Shown here in pieces: positions 17,445 to 27,691 of a DNA stretch of 64,000 nt (its first letter is position 1; every line of letters begins with the position of its first letter). The position numbers were made by a program, and so were the translations under genes. This DNA is from Erysipelotrichaceae bacterium (GTDB lineage: Bacteria; Bacillota_I; Bacilli_A; Erysipelotrichales; Erysipelotrichaceae): positions 155,863-219,862 of the forward strand of contig JAFRKI010000002.1 of assembly GCA_017431825.1 (NCBI GenBank), in the 5' to 3' direction. Below the pieces are notes generated by a model. The model was not told the DNA's origin. It did not search any database and saw only the letters and a list, made by a program, of their open reading frames with translations.

Positions 17445-18023
17445 TTAAGGGACACGGTAGAATATCGGACTCGTTGCATTCTTGAGATATAAAGGACCGA
17501 TGATGGTCGTACCGAGATAATTGCCCTGTAAGGCCGTTTCCGGTCCAAGATAGATGGCCCAGTGCTCGTAGCCGATACCGCCGTTGGCATAATAGACGAC
17601 GTCGCCCGGTACCGGATCGGATATCTGATAAGCGTCAGCTATGCGGTGTCCTTCGCCCATATAGATAGTGATGAACTTCTGGGCTACGTAGAAGCAAGAG
17701 CCGCCGGTCCCCACCAGATAATTGGCTATATCCCACACGGAATCAAGGCTAGGAAGCGAGGTCTTTCCCCTCTTGGCGTTCTTTTCCTTGATCTCCTTGA
17801 TCGTTTCGATCTTGATATCCAGGAAGCTGTCCAGGACAGTGATATCTTCATAGGACAGGGAAACGTCATTCTTCGATACGACGCTGTCCTGTTTGGGAGC
17901 GATGATCTCCACGTTTTCAACGTCCTTGAAAGGACCCGGATTCTCCGGATCTTCCGTTTCCGGTGCATTTCCCGCCATCAGTACGTTGATGACCTCGAAT
18001 ATAACAATAAGTTTTCTAATCAT
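17445..18023 (-). CDS. NlpC/P60-like (papain-fold Cys/His) domain protein
   Basis: 192 aa. The C-terminal half has ..GGSCFYVAQ.. (Cys) and ..YEHWAIYLG.. (His) with NlpC/P60-like spacing. The N-terminal hydrophobic stretch is weak. Overlaps the engB end by 8 nt. Confidence 0.4.
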   Translation of the reverse strand: MIRKLIVIFEVINVLMAGNAPETEDPENPGPFKDVENVEIIAPKQDSVVSKNDVSLSYEDITVLDSFLDIKIETIKEIKEKNAKRGKTSLPSLDSVWDIANYLVGTGGSCFYVAQKFITIYMGEGHRIADAYQISDPVPGDVVYYANGGIGYEHWAIYLGPETALQGNYLGTTIIGPLYLKNATSPIFYRVP

Positions 18024-18585
18024 AATTACCTATAGTTTCTTCTATCGTTTCCTTTAGTTCTTTGATGCCGCTCTTCTTAAGACAGCTGGTGACGATCATG
18101 TTTTCCTCATCGACTTCCAGCGTTTCCGCTATCAGTCTTGTCTGTTTCGTTACTTCATTGCCTGATAGCTTGTCGGCCTTGTTCAGGACGAAAAGACAGG
18201 GTTTCTCATAATAATCGAGATATTCGAACATGTCCAGATCGTCTTCATTGGGAGTCCTGCGGATATCGAGGATCATGACACAGAGCTTCAGTTCTTTTCT
18301 TTTGCTGAAGTACTCTTCCATCATTTCCCCGAAGCTGATGATCTCCCTGTCCGAGATGTTCGCATAGCCGTATCCCGGTACGTCGCAGACGGTATAGCGG
18401 CCGTCGACGTCAAAGAAATTAAGGAGTCTGGTCTTGCCGGGCGTTTTGCCGACATACGCTATAGTACCATACAATGCGTTGATAATGCTACTTTTTCCGA
18501 CGTTGCTGCGCCCGACGAAAACGACCTCCCCTTCACTGGAAGGATAGCTTTCGATACTTTTGGCTGAATTAAGAAACCTTATCAT
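18016..18585 (-). CDS. engB: Ribosome-biogenesis GTPase YsxC/EngB
   Basis: I place the start at ATG 18583-18585 (MIRFLNSAK..), overlapping the lon stop as TAATG. G1 motif GRSNVGKSS. The lon-engB synteny is conserved. Confidence 0.85.
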   Translation of the reverse strand: MIRFLNSAKSIESYPSSEGEVVFVGRSNVGKSSIINALYGTIAYVGKTPGKTRLLNFFDVDGRYTVCDVPGYGYANISDREIISFGEMMEEYFSKRKELKLCVMILDIRRTPNEDDLDMFEYLDYYEKPCLFVLNKADKLSGNEVTKQTRLIAETLEVDEENMIVTSCLKKSGIKELKETIEETIGNYD

Positions 18586-20891
18586 TACCTGACAAAAGCC
18601 TCTTTGATAACGCTGTCCACCTTGTCGCAAGGCACGAATTTGATGCTTTCCTTTACGGTATCCGGCAGTTCATCGAGATCCTTGATGTTGCCCTTAGGGA
18701 TGATGATCTTCGCAATGCCTGACCTGTGAGCAGCCAGAGATTTCTCTTTAAGACCGCCGATCGGCAGCACGTTTCCTCTTAAGGTGACTTCGCCGGTCAT
18801 CGCGATATTGGAATCTACCGGAGTCTTGGTGATGGCACTGACGATGGCTGTAGTCAGCGTTACGCCGGCTGACGGTCCGTCCTTCGGTACGGCACCTTCC
18901 GGTACGTGGATATGGATGTCGTGGTTCTCAAAGAAGGAGATGTCGATGTTGTACTTCTTGGCATTGGCCTTGATGTAGTCCAGAGCTATCTCTGTCGATT
19001 CTTTCATGACATCGCCAAGCTGACCGGTAACCACCAATCTGCCTTTTCCTTCGAAATAGTTTACTTCGACCGGCAGGATATCGCCGCCGAACTGCGTGTA
19101 AGCCAAGCCCGTTACGACGCCGATCTGATTGGCCTTTTCCTTCAGTCCGTATTCGTATTTCTCGCTTCCCAGCCACTGTTTTACCAGAGACTTGGTGATC
19201 TTGACGGAATGTTTGCCGTTCTTAAGGATCTCCAGTACGCTCTTACGGCATAAGGCGCCGATAAGACGTTCGAGCTGTCTTACTCCGGCTTCCCTGGTAT
19301 AGTGTCTGATAAGATAGTAGATTATATCGTCATTTAAAGTAAACTGCTTATCCTGCAGGCCGTTCATTTCCGTCTGTTTCCTGATCAGATGGTTCTTGGC
19401 AATCATCAGTTTCTCTTCTTCGGTATAGGAACTGAGATTGATGATCTCCAGTCTGTCCAGTAAGGCAGCCGGGATGTTTTCCATATAATTGGCGGTCGCA
19501 ATGAAAAGCACGTCGCTTAGGTCGTAAGGTTCTTCAAGATAGTGGTCGGAGAACAGGGAATTCTGTTCAGGATCCAGCACTTCCAGCATGGCGGAACTAG
19601 GATCGCCCTTATAATCGGCACCCATCTTGTCGATCTCATCGATCAGGAATACCGGATTAAGGGTACCGGCTTTCTTCATTCCCTGGATGATACGGCCCGG
19701 CATGGAGCCCAGATAAGTCCTTCTGTGTCCTCTGATTTCCGCTTCATCTTTCACGCCGCCCAGTGAGATCTTGACGAACTTTCTGTCAAGAGCTCTGGCT
19801 ACGGACTTCGCAAGAGAAGTCTTACCGACGCCCGGAGGGCCGACCAGACAGATTATCGGCGACTTTAGGGAATTGGTCATCTGCTTCACTGCCAGATATT
19901 CCATGATCCTTTCCTTGACCTTATCCAGGCCATAGTGGTCCTCATCGAGTATCTTCTGGACCAGGTTCAGGTCTTTGTTGTCCTCGGATTTCTGCCACCA
20001 AGGGACATTCAGAAGCCATTCCAGATATGATCTGATCACTCCCGATTCACCGGAAGCCTGCGGGATCATCTCATAATGCCTGAATTCTTCCCTGGCTTTG
20101 GCTTTGATGTTTTCAGGATACGGATTATTCTCAAGCTTCTCCTTGAGGTCATCGATATCGGATACTCCGGCAGTATCACCCAGTTCATCCTTGATGGCCT
20201 TGAGCTTTTCCCTCAGATAATAGTCCTTCTGTCCCTCCTCGATCCTTTCCTTGACCTTTTCGTTTATCTCCCTTTCGATGGCGTCCATCTGTTTCTCACG
20301 GGAGATGAATTCCAGCATCATTTCCAGTCTCTTTCTGACGGAGAGCTCTTCCAGGTACTTCTGTTTCTCAGCAGTATCCTGGATATAGACCTGCGCAAAG
20401 GTATCGACCAGTGAGGATGCCAGCTGGGCATCGAACTTTATGACGTTGCCGATAGGAAAACCGGGACGCCCGTATTTCTGGGCTACCACGTTGAATTCGG
20501 TAAGAGCTCTCTTGCAGATGACTTCTATTTCCAGTTCATCTTCCCTGGTATCTTCCAGAAGCTCTACCGTAACGTATTTAACGCCATTATTTACGTAATT
20601 CTTATAGATCCTGACTCTTGTCTTGCCACCGAAAATGACTTTTAAATGGTCACCTCTGTTGCGGCTGGATTTGATCCTGCATAAGGTACCGTAAGCGTAT
20701 ATGTCCTTTTCCGTCGGATTATCTACCGTAAGATCTATCTGGGATACCACTACGATATCCAGTGAGTTGTTAAGGGCATAGTTAACGGCTTTGATGCTTT
20801 CGTCTCTTCCCACTTCGATGGATAATTCCTGAAGCGGAAAGATGACGGCGCCTCTGGTACACAATAAAGGAAAATCATTGAATTTTGCCAT
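18585..20891 (-). CDS. lon: ATP-dependent Lon protease
   Basis: 768 aa. Lon N-domain, Walker [10 protein letters not shown], proteolytic PKDGPSAG. Confidence 0.92.
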   Translation of the reverse strand: MAKFNDFPLLCTRGAVIFPLQELSIEVGRDESIKAVNYALNNSLDIVVVSQIDLTVDNPTEKDIYAYGTLCRIKSSRNRGDHLKVIFGGKTRVRIYKNYVNNGVKYVTVELLEDTREDELEIEVICKRALTEFNVVAQKYGRPGFPIGNVIKFDAQLASSLVDTFAQVYIQDTAEKQKYLEELSVRKRLEMMLEFISREKQMDAIEREINEKVKERIEEGQKDYYLREKLKAIKDELGDTAGVSDIDDLKEKLENNPYPENIKAKAREEFRHYEMIPQASGESGVIRSYLEWLLNVPWWQKSEDNKDLNLVQKILDEDHYGLDKVKERIMEYLAVKQMTNSLKSPIICLVGPPGVGKTSLAKSVARALDRKFVKISLGGVKDEAEIRGHRRTYLGSMPGRIIQGMKKAGTLNPVFLIDEIDKMGADYKGDPSSAMLEVLDPEQNSLFSDHYLEEPYDLSDVLFIATANYMENIPAALLDRLEIINLSSYTEEEKLMIAKNHLIRKQTEMNGLQDKQFTLNDDIIYYLIRHYTREAGVRQLERLIGALCRKSVLEILKNGKHSVKITKSLVKQWLGSEKYEYGLKEKANQIGVVTGLAYTQFGGDILPVEVNYFEGKGRLVVTGQLGDVMKESTEIALDYIKANAKKYNIDISFFENHDIHIHVPEGAVPKDGPSAGVTLTTAIVSAITKTPVDSNIAMTGEVTLRGNVLPIGGLKEKSLAAHRSGIAKIIIPKGNIKDLDELPDTVKESIKFVPCDKVDSVIKEAFVR

Positions 20892-20910
20892 ACAATACCT
20901 CCTTATTAGA

Positions 20911-20929
20911 AAAGACGCGAAGCGTCTTT
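20911..20929 (-). terminator. Hairpin / partial terminator between tig and lon
   Basis: AAAGACGC (20911-20918) / GCGTCTTT (20922-20929) with a 3-nt loop, followed on the minus strand by TTCTAAT and then the lon RBS. Confidence 0.5.
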
Positions 20930-20932
20930 GTG

Positions 20933-22201
20933 TTACTTGTTATTCTTCAGGAAATCAATGGCCTTGGAAAGCTTTAAGTCTTCCCTGACGCTATCTTCGG
21001 AAACGTACTTCTTTATTTCCTCGATATCCATCTTATACATATCAGCCATCTCTTCATAGTGCTTGGCGATATCGTCATAGCCCGCTTCTATCTTCTCCTT
21101 AGCGGCCAGAGCTTCCAGGCACAGTGAAGTCTTGACTCTTCGTAAAGCCATCGGCTCAAGTACCTTCTTCATCTCATCGTTATTCTGTCCGATGATCTTC
21201 TGGTACTGTTCCATCGATATACCCTGGTACATCAGTCTCTGAGCCTGATCCTGGAACATGCGATCCACTTCGTCATCTATCATTACCTGAGGAACGTTCA
21301 CTTCACAGGTTTCCGTGAATTTATCGAGCAGTGCCTCCTCAGCTGCACTTTCAGCTTCTTTCTTTTTGGCGCTGAGGTTCTGCTCCTTAAGATGGTTCTT
21401 ATATTCCTCGACGGTATTCACGTTATCGATCTTAAGTTCTTTAACAAATTCATCATTAAGTTCCGGTAAGACTTTCTTCTTGATCTCATGGACTTTTACC
21501 TTGAATTTTGTAGCAGCACCCTTTAGGTCTTCCACATGGTAGTTTTCAGGGAAAGTCACGTCTATCTCTTTCTCTTCTTCCGGTTTCATGCCGATGAGCT
21601 GCTCCTCAAAGCCCGGAATGAAGGAATTGGAGCCGATGACCAGATCGCAGTTCTCGGCTTTTCCGCCTTCAAAAGGAACGCCGTCCCTGAAACCTTCAAA
21701 ATCGATCACGGCCGTATCGCCGTTTTCAACTTCTCCGTCTTCCTTAAGCTCAAGATCGGCCTTTCTTTCAAGGACTCTGCTGATCTCTTTTTCGATCTCT
21801 TCGTCAGTCACTTCAACGTTTTCGACTTCGTATCTGACTGAACTGTAATCTCCCAGCTTGACATCCGGTTTGATCGGACAGGTGAAAAGCATGCTTACCT
21901 TGTCGTTATCCAGTTCCTTGAGTTCAAGGCTGGCCTTGTCGATCAGTTCGACGCCGTGCTCCTTAAGGACTTCATCGAAAGTCTCGTTGGTGATGCTGTT
22001 GGCTGCTTCGTAATTCACCTCGGCATCACTTATATGCTTGGCTGCCAGGCTTGGCGGGACCTGGCCCTTTCTGAAACCCTTAAGCGAAAGGGATCTGGCT
22101 AATTTATTGAACGCTTTCTTTCTGGCGTCGTTCCATTTTTCGCCGTCGACAGTTACTGAAATTTCTGCCTTACCATCTTCTATTTTTCTGTACTCAGACA
22201 T
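20933..22201 (-). CDS. tig: Trigger factor
   Basis: 422 aa. Ribosome-binding motif GFRKGQVP and a central FKBP-type PPIase domain. Confidence 0.9.
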   Translation of the reverse strand: MSEYRKIEDGKAEISVTVDGEKWNDARKKAFNKLARSLSLKGFRKGQVPPSLAAKHISDAEVNYEAANSITNETFDEVLKEHGVELIDKASLELKELDNDKVSMLFTCPIKPDVKLGDYSSVRYEVENVEVTDEEIEKEISRVLERKADLELKEDGEVENGDTAVIDFEGFRDGVPFEGGKAENCDLVIGSNSFIPGFEEQLIGMKPEEEKEIDVTFPENYHVEDLKGAATKFKVKVHEIKKKVLPELNDEFVKELKIDNVNTVEEYKNHLKEQNLSAKKKEAESAAEEALLDKFTETCEVNVPQVMIDDEVDRMFQDQAQRLMYQGISMEQYQKIIGQNNDEMKKVLEPMALRRVKTSLCLEALAAKEKIEAGYDDIAKHYEEMADMYKMDIEEIKKYVSEDSVREDLKLSKAIDFLKNNK

Positions 22202-22359
22202 AAGACCTCCTATAAACGCTAAATCATTATATCAAAAAGAGCCGTATATTGCCATAATACAGCTGCTTAAGAAGTGCCAGAAAACAGCAGTCTTTTAGCA
22301 CTTTATCAATAAGGAATGTATGGTACAGACGCCCCTGTTCGTGGCAGCTCTATAATATG

Positions 22360-22986
22360 TTAACCTTCAAAAGCCTTATCGACATATTCGACGATTCTTT
22401 CAGCCGCAATGATGCCTTCCTCTTCATCAAGATTGAGGGGAAGGCTTAGGATCGCTTCCTTGTACAGAAGGTCGAGTGCGATGCGGATCTTGCTGGGTTC
22501 CTTCATATATACTTCGTTTATATATCGGCTGCCGCTTAAGAAGCCGTCGCTTTCTTCGACAGGCAGAAGGTACTTGGGAATGAATTCATATTCCATGCCT
22601 TCGTTTTCCATCCTGATCTCTTCCCCTATTTCCTGTCTTATCAGGGAATCCACCAGCAGGACTTTGGCGTTGATGTAGGCATCGGATGTCAGGTACTCAT
22701 TGCACAGATCTATGTAATTCCTGAGATTCTGTTTATTGAGCCAGTCGACTGCCAGCAGCTGCTTCTCTTTTGAATCTCTGAGAAAACTGCCGATATCGTC
22801 TTCACTGATGCTGAAAGCGCTGTTTGCGGGCCTTATTTCCCCGTATATCCTCTTTATCTCTTCTTCGAAATCCTTGGGAAGATAAGGAGCATCCAGTTCG
22901 TTTTCGATGAGCTTTATGGCCTCCTGCAGTTCGTTTTTATCGATTTTTTCTTTTATCTTCAGAAGTGTCTCTTCATAATAATTCAT
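22360..22986 (-). CDS. Hypothetical acidic helical protein
   Basis: 208 aa with no motif I can assign. Its position divergent from the flavodiiron gene and its coding-like composition support a real gene. Confidence 0.4.
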   Translation of the reverse strand: MNYYEETLLKIKEKIDKNELQEAIKLIENELDAPYLPKDFEEEIKRIYGEIRPANSAFSISEDDIGSFLRDSKEKQLLAVDWLNKQNLRNYIDLCNEYLTSDAYINAKVLLVDSLIRQEIGEEIRMENEGMEYEFIPKYLLPVEESDGFLSGSRYINEVYMKEPSKIRIALDLLYKEAILSLPLNLDEEEGIIAAERIVEYVDKAFEG

Positions 22987-23062
22987 GATTAAATTCTATC
23001 ATAACGGGCAAGCTTTACTCTTTTTTATCCATATCAAATATAATAAGAGTGGAGGAACGAAT

Positions 23063-24856
23063 ATGGAAATACAGAATGACATCAAGTATGTCGGCGTCAA
23101 CGACCACGACATCGACCTTTTTGAAGGACAGTATCAGGTACCTAACGGCATGTCTTATAACTCCTATGTGATCATGGATGAAAAGATCGCCGTAATGGAT
23201 ACCGTCGATCAGCGTTTCACCCATGACTGGCTGGATAATATCCAGTCCGTTCTCGGCGACAGGAAACCTGACTATCTTATCATCCAGCATATGGAACCTG
23301 ACCACAGTGCCAACATCGCCAATTTCATCAAGATCTATAATGATACTTTCATCGTTTCCAGCGAGAAATCATTTGCGATGATGAACAACTACTTCGGTAC
23401 GGATTTTGTGGAAAGACAGATCAGGATAAGCGAAGGCGATACGCTGGATCTTGGCAAACACAAGCTCACTTTCGTAGCAGCGCCGATGGTCCACTGGCCG
23501 GAAGTAATGCTGACATACGATACTACCGACAAGATACTCTTCTCTGCCGATGCTTTCGGCAAGTTCGGTGCCCTGGACAGAGAGGAAGAATGGCTCGATG
23601 AAGCCAGAAGATACTATATCGGCATCGTCGGCAAGTACGGCACACAGGTCCAGAATCTCCTGAAGAAAGCCTCTGGTCTGGAGATAACGAAGATCCTGCC
23701 TTTGCATGGTCCTATTCTTACAGAAAACCTTTCTTATTACATCAAACTCTACAATACCTGGTCATCTTACGACGTAGAGAAAGACGGCATCGTGGTATTT
23801 TACACATCGGTATACGGACATACCCGCAAGGCCGTAAATACGCTGGTCGATAAGCTCAAGGACAACAATGCCCCGGAAGTCAAGGTCTATGACTTAGCCA
23901 GGACCGATATGTCCAAGGCCGTGGCTGATGCCTTTGCGTATTCCAAGATAATCCTTGCTACTACCACTTATAATGCCGATATCTATCCGTTCATGAAGGA
24001 ATTCATCAATCACCTGACGGAAAGAAACTTCCAGAACAAGCGTGTCGGCATCATCGAAAACGGATCCTGGGCGCCGCTGGCTGCCAAGACCATCAAGGGC
24101 ATGCTGGAAAAGTCAAAGAACGTTACCTTTGAGGAACCGGTAGTGACCATCAAGTCTTCGCTGAATGAAGAATCAAGTGCCAAGCTCGATCAGCTCGCCA
24201 AGAACATGTGCATCGACTATGCCGCCAGAGACAACAGCGATGAAAACAAGAAAGACATGAAAGCCCTCTTCAAGATCGGCTACGGTCTCTATGTCGTTAC
24301 CAGCAATGACGGTACCAAGGACAACGGTCTGATCGTCAATACCGTAGCTCAGCTTACCGATAACCCGTACAGAGTCATGGTTTCCATCAACAAGGCCAAC
24401 TACTCCCATCACGTGATCAAGCAGACCGGCATCATGAACGTCAACTGTCTCAATACTGATGCTCCGTTCAAGATCTTCCAGAACTTCGGTTTCCAGTCCG
24501 GCAGGACCGTCGACAAGTTCAAGGACTTCGATAATATCCTTAGATCCTCAAACGGTCTTATCTATCTGCCTCATTACATCAATGCCTATATGTCGCTTAA
24601 GGTCGAAGATTATGTGGATCTGGGAACCCACGGCATGTTCATCTGCTCGGTAGATGATGCCCGTACCATCAATAACGTTGATACGATGACCTATACCTAC
24701 TATCAGAACAACGTCAAGCCGAAACCGCAGACCGAAGGCAAGAAAGGCTTTGTCTGTAAGATCTGCGGATACATCTATGAAGGCGACGAACTGCCTGAAG
24801 ACATCGTCTGTCCGTTATGCAAGCACGGCGCAGCCGACTTTGAACCGATAAAATAA
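23063..24856 (+). CDS. Multidomain flavodiiron protein: diiron metallo-beta-lactamase-like, flavodoxin-like, flavin-reductase-like and rubredoxin domains
   Basis: Start moved to ATG 23063 (MEIQNDIKYVGVND), preceded by GGAGGA. Diiron motif HMEPDHS. Flavodoxin-like IVVFYTSVYGHTRK. Flavin-reductase-like LYVVTSNDG..NGLIVNTV. C-terminal rubredoxin CKICGYIYEG...CPLCKHG. Confidence 0.8.
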   Translation: MEIQNDIKYVGVNDHDIDLFEGQYQVPNGMSYNSYVIMDEKIAVMDTVDQRFTHDWLDNIQSVLGDRKPDYLIIQHMEPDHSANIANFIKIYNDTFIVSSEKSFAMMNNYFGTDFVERQIRISEGDTLDLGKHKLTFVAAPMVHWPEVMLTYDTTDKILFSADAFGKFGALDREEEWLDEARRYYIGIVGKYGTQVQNLLKKASGLEITKILPLHGPILTENLSYYIKLYNTWSSYDVEKDGIVVFYTSVYGHTRKAVNTLVDKLKDNNAPEVKVYDLARTDMSKAVADAFAYSKIILATTTYNADIYPFMKEFINHLTERNFQNKRVGIIENGSWAPLAAKTIKGMLEKSKNVTFEEPVVTIKSSLNEESSAKLDQLAKNMCIDYAARDNSDENKKDMKALFKIGYGLYVVTSNDGTKDNGLIVNTVAQLTDNPYRVMVSINKANYSHHVIKQTGIMNVNCLNTDAPFKIFQNFGFQSGRTVDKFKDFDNILRSSNGLIYLPHYINAYMSLKVEDYVDLGTHGMFICSVDDARTINNVDTMTYTYYQNNVKPKPQTEGKKGFVCKICGYIYEGDELPEDIVCPLCKHGAADFEPIK

Positions 24857-24876
24857 ACAGCATAACAACAAATAAA

Positions 24877-24898
24877 AGTCTGTCCTTACGGACAGACT
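24877..24898. terminator. Bidirectional terminator (flavodiiron gene / hydrolase gene)
   Basis: AGTCTGTCC / GGACAGACT 9-bp stem with loop TTAC, an A-run before and a T-run after. Confidence 0.85.
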
Positions 24899-24901
24899 TT
24901 T

Positions 24902-25810
24902 TTAATCCCCGAATTCTTCCTTAAACTGTTTTTCCAGGAACTCTTCTACATACTGTTTATAAAGTTCCGGCTCCGTGAATACCGATACGGCATGCCCGGC
25001 ACCCGGGATCAGCTTTACTTCGCTGTATCCTTTTGTCCTTTGTGACATTCTCTTTGAATTTTCAGGACTTATAAGCTCATCCGCATCACCATGAATAAAC
25101 AGTATCGGTACCGTATTATCATCAAGGGAATCGATCGGACGCATTTCTTTTAATGAATAGTGATAACGGAGCTTAGCCATGAGATCGGCCAGGTCAAAAG
25201 TGAATGACGGCAGGTGGGCGCTGTCATATCCGGCTCTTAAAACGTTTTCGATATCGGAAAAGCCGCAATCGGCGACCGCAAAGTCAACTTCCGGCTTGTA
25301 TTTAAGACAGGTGATCGTTGTAGCCGAACCCAGCGATTCGCCATGCAAGCCAAGCAGGGATATATCCTTATATCTTTCCCTTGTATCCTCTATCACACAT
25401 AAGAGATCATTTCCTTCCTTTATTCCGTATGTCGTAAAGGTGGGCTCGTTTTCACCATGGCCTCGCAGATCATAGATTATGCAGTTGAAACCCAGTTCCA
25501 GATATATCGGTACATACTTAAGAGAGCCGATATGATTGTCCGTATAACCGTGGGTGATTATTACGTATCTGTCTGTCGGTTCAGGATTCTTCAGGTATTC
25601 CACATGGAGATCATAACCTTCAAAGCCCTTTACGATATAATCCGTTTTCTCCAGTTTTTCATAAAATGAAGTATCAAACTGTTCGCTCTGCCACTTGAAT
25701 GCTTCATCCAGTGTCTGTCTCTTTCCGGTCATAACGAAAGACGGCAGCCACCAGGCAAAGCCGATAAACAGAAGCAACAGAACGCATAATATGATAAGTA
25801 TTATCTTCAT
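24902..25810 (-). CDS. Membrane-anchored alpha/beta-fold hydrolase
   Basis: 302 aa. N-terminal TM segment, nucleophile elbow GESLG, and late D and H residues (HGDADE, GAGH). Confidence 0.7.
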   Translation of the reverse strand: MKIILIILCVLLLLFIGFAWWLPSFVMTGKRQTLDEAFKWQSEQFDTSFYEKLEKTDYIVKGFEGYDLHVEYLKNPEPTDRYVIITHGYTDNHIGSLKYVPIYLELGFNCIIYDLRGHGENEPTFTTYGIKEGNDLLCVIEDTRERYKDISLLGLHGESLGSATTITCLKYKPEVDFAVADCGFSDIENVLRAGYDSAHLPSFTFDLADLMAKLRYHYSLKEMRPIDSLDDNTVPILFIHGDADELISPENSKRMSQRTKGYSEVKLIPGAGHAVSVFTEPELYKQYVEEFLEKQFKEEFGD

Positions 25811-25856
25811 GATTTTCCCCTTTTTTCATCTTCACCAATATCATATCACCTGTGCC

Positions 25857-25885
25857 AATAAAAAAGGCTGTCACAGGACAGCCTT
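25857..25885 (-). terminator. Terminator of the hydCBA operon
   Basis: AAGGCTGTC (25864-25872) / GACAGCCTT (25877-25885), followed on the minus strand by TTTTTTATTGG. Confidence 0.8.
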
Positions 25886-25904
25886 AAATGATATAGAGTT
25901 TAGA

Positions 25905-27680
25905 TTATTCAGGATCGTTGAATCTCTCTCTTGCGGCATATGTGGTATGCAGGAGCTCATGTGCCAGATGAGAGTTAGGTTCACCGAGGAACTTCTCGTA
26001 AAGCTCGATGATCTGAGGATTGTTGTGAGACTGTCTGACGACCTGTCTTTCATCTTCAGTATACAGAGCCTTGGCTCTCTTTTCCTTGTAGGTATCGAGA
26101 ATGTCATCAGCTTCATTTGGTAGGAAGCATGGCTTTACATATGACTGGCCGCCGCCGTTGATACAGCCGCCCGGACAGCACATGAATTCTATGAAGTGAT
26201 ATTTGGACTTGCCTTCTCTGATCTCGTCAAGCAGGATCTTGGCGCTTCTCATGCCGGAAGCGACAGCGATGTTTACGGTAGTACCGTTGATATCGAGAGA
26301 TGCTTCTCTGATACCGGCATCATGTCCTCTTACTTCTTCAAAGACGATCTTGCCGTATTCCTTGCCGGTGAGCTTGTAGTAGACAGTTCTTAAGGCTGCT
26401 TCCATGACACCGCCGGTAACACCGAAGATAACGGCTGCACCGGTGTAATCGCCCATGATATCCTGATCCCATTCTTCTTCTGGGAGCTTATTGAACTGGA
26501 TACCGGCACGCTTGATGAGCTTGCCCAGCTCTCTGGTGGTCAGTACGGCATCGACATCAGGATAGCCGTTGGTGACCAGCTGCGGTCTTTCCTTCTCAAA
26601 CTTCTTGGCGGTACAAGGCATTACGGATACTACGAAGATATCCTTAGGGTCGATGCCCTTTTCCTTGGCCCAGTAAGACTTGATGATGGCACCCTGCATT
26701 TCATGAGGGGACTTGCAGCTTGATACGTGATCCAAGAGATCGCCGTAGTAGTATTCGGCATAGTTGATCCAGCCAGGTGAGCAGGAAGTGATCATCGGCA
26801 GTACGCCACCGTTGGTGATCCTTCCTAACAGTTCAGTACCTTCCTCCATGATGGTGAGGTCGGCACCGAAGTTGACGTCGTAGCATCTTTCAAAGCCCAG
26901 CCTTCTTAAAGCAGCGATCATCTTACCGGTAACAGGAGTACCGATAGGCAGATCGAACTCTTCACCTAAGGAAGCTCTTACAGCCGGAGCGACCTGGATG
27001 ATGACATGCTTGCCGGCCTTGAAGGCTTCGTCGACCTTGTCGATCTCGGAAACTTCCATTAAGGCGCCGGTCGGACATACGGTAGTACACTGGCCGCATA
27101 ACAGACAAGGAGAATCCTTGAAGCTTCTGTTTTCAGCAGGTCCTACCACGGTATGGAAACCTCTGTTGATGAAGCCTAATACGGATAAGCCGTGAGCTTC
27201 TTCACATCTGGCGATACATCTTCCGCAGAGCACACACTTTGAAGTATCTCTCTTGATGGAAGGAGTCAGCTGATCGACGGTAACTTCCGTCTTGGCACCG
27301 TTGAAGCGGGCTTCTCTGGCACCGGTGATCTGTGCAACATGCAGCAGTTCACATTTGCCGTTCTTGTCACATTCCTGACAGTTACGGTTATGATTTGAAA
27401 GCAGTAATTCAACACTGGTCCTTCTGGCTTCTACGGCCTTAGGAGAAGAGATGGTGATCTCCATGCCTTCAGCGACCGGATATACACAGGAAGCGACCAG
27501 TCCTTTGGTTCCCGTAGCTTCAACGAGACATACTCGACAGGAAGCCAAAGAACACTTGCCATGATTATAAGTACACAAAGAAGGAATTTCATAACCACAG
27601 GCCTTACAAGCTTCCATTATGGTCTGGCCGGCCTCTACCTCGTATGGCTGACCTTCAATTTTAATATTAACTTTTGCCAT
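25905..27680 (-). CDS. hydA: [FeFe] hydrogenase catalytic subunit (HydA/HndD type, with an N-terminal 2Fe-2S and multiple 4Fe-4S domains)
   Basis: 591 aa. H-cluster motifs VMPCTAKKFE and FMCCPGGCINGGGQ are canonical. The first motif reads TSCSPGW (see findings). N-terminal ferredoxin-like Cys patterns are present. Confidence 0.85.
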   Translation of the reverse strand: MAKVNIKIEGQPYEVEAGQTIMEACKACGYEIPSLCTYNHGKCSLASCRVCLVEATGTKGLVASCVYPVAEGMEITISSPKAVEARRTSVELLLSNHNRNCQECDKNGKCELLHVAQITGAREARFNGAKTEVTVDQLTPSIKRDTSKCVLCGRCIARCEEAHGLSVLGFINRGFHTVVGPAENRSFKDSPCLLCGQCTTVCPTGALMEVSEIDKVDEAFKAGKHVIIQVAPAVRASLGEEFDLPIGTPVTGKMIAALRRLGFERCYDVNFGADLTIMEEGTELLGRITNGGVLPMITSCSPGWINYAEYYYGDLLDHVSSCKSPHEMQGAIIKSYWAKEKGIDPKDIFVVSVMPCTAKKFEKERPQLVTNGYPDVDAVLTTRELGKLIKRAGIQFNKLPEEEWDQDIMGDYTGAAVIFGVTGGVMEAALRTVYYKLTGKEYGKIVFEEVRGHDAGIREASLDINGTTVNIAVASGMRSAKILLDEIREGKSKYHFIEFMCCPGGCINGGGQSYVKPCFLPNEADDILDTYKEKRAKALYTEDERQVVRQSHNNPQIIELYEKFLGEPNSHLAHELLHTTYAARERFNDPE

Positions 27681-27691
27681 GATTTCTCCTC

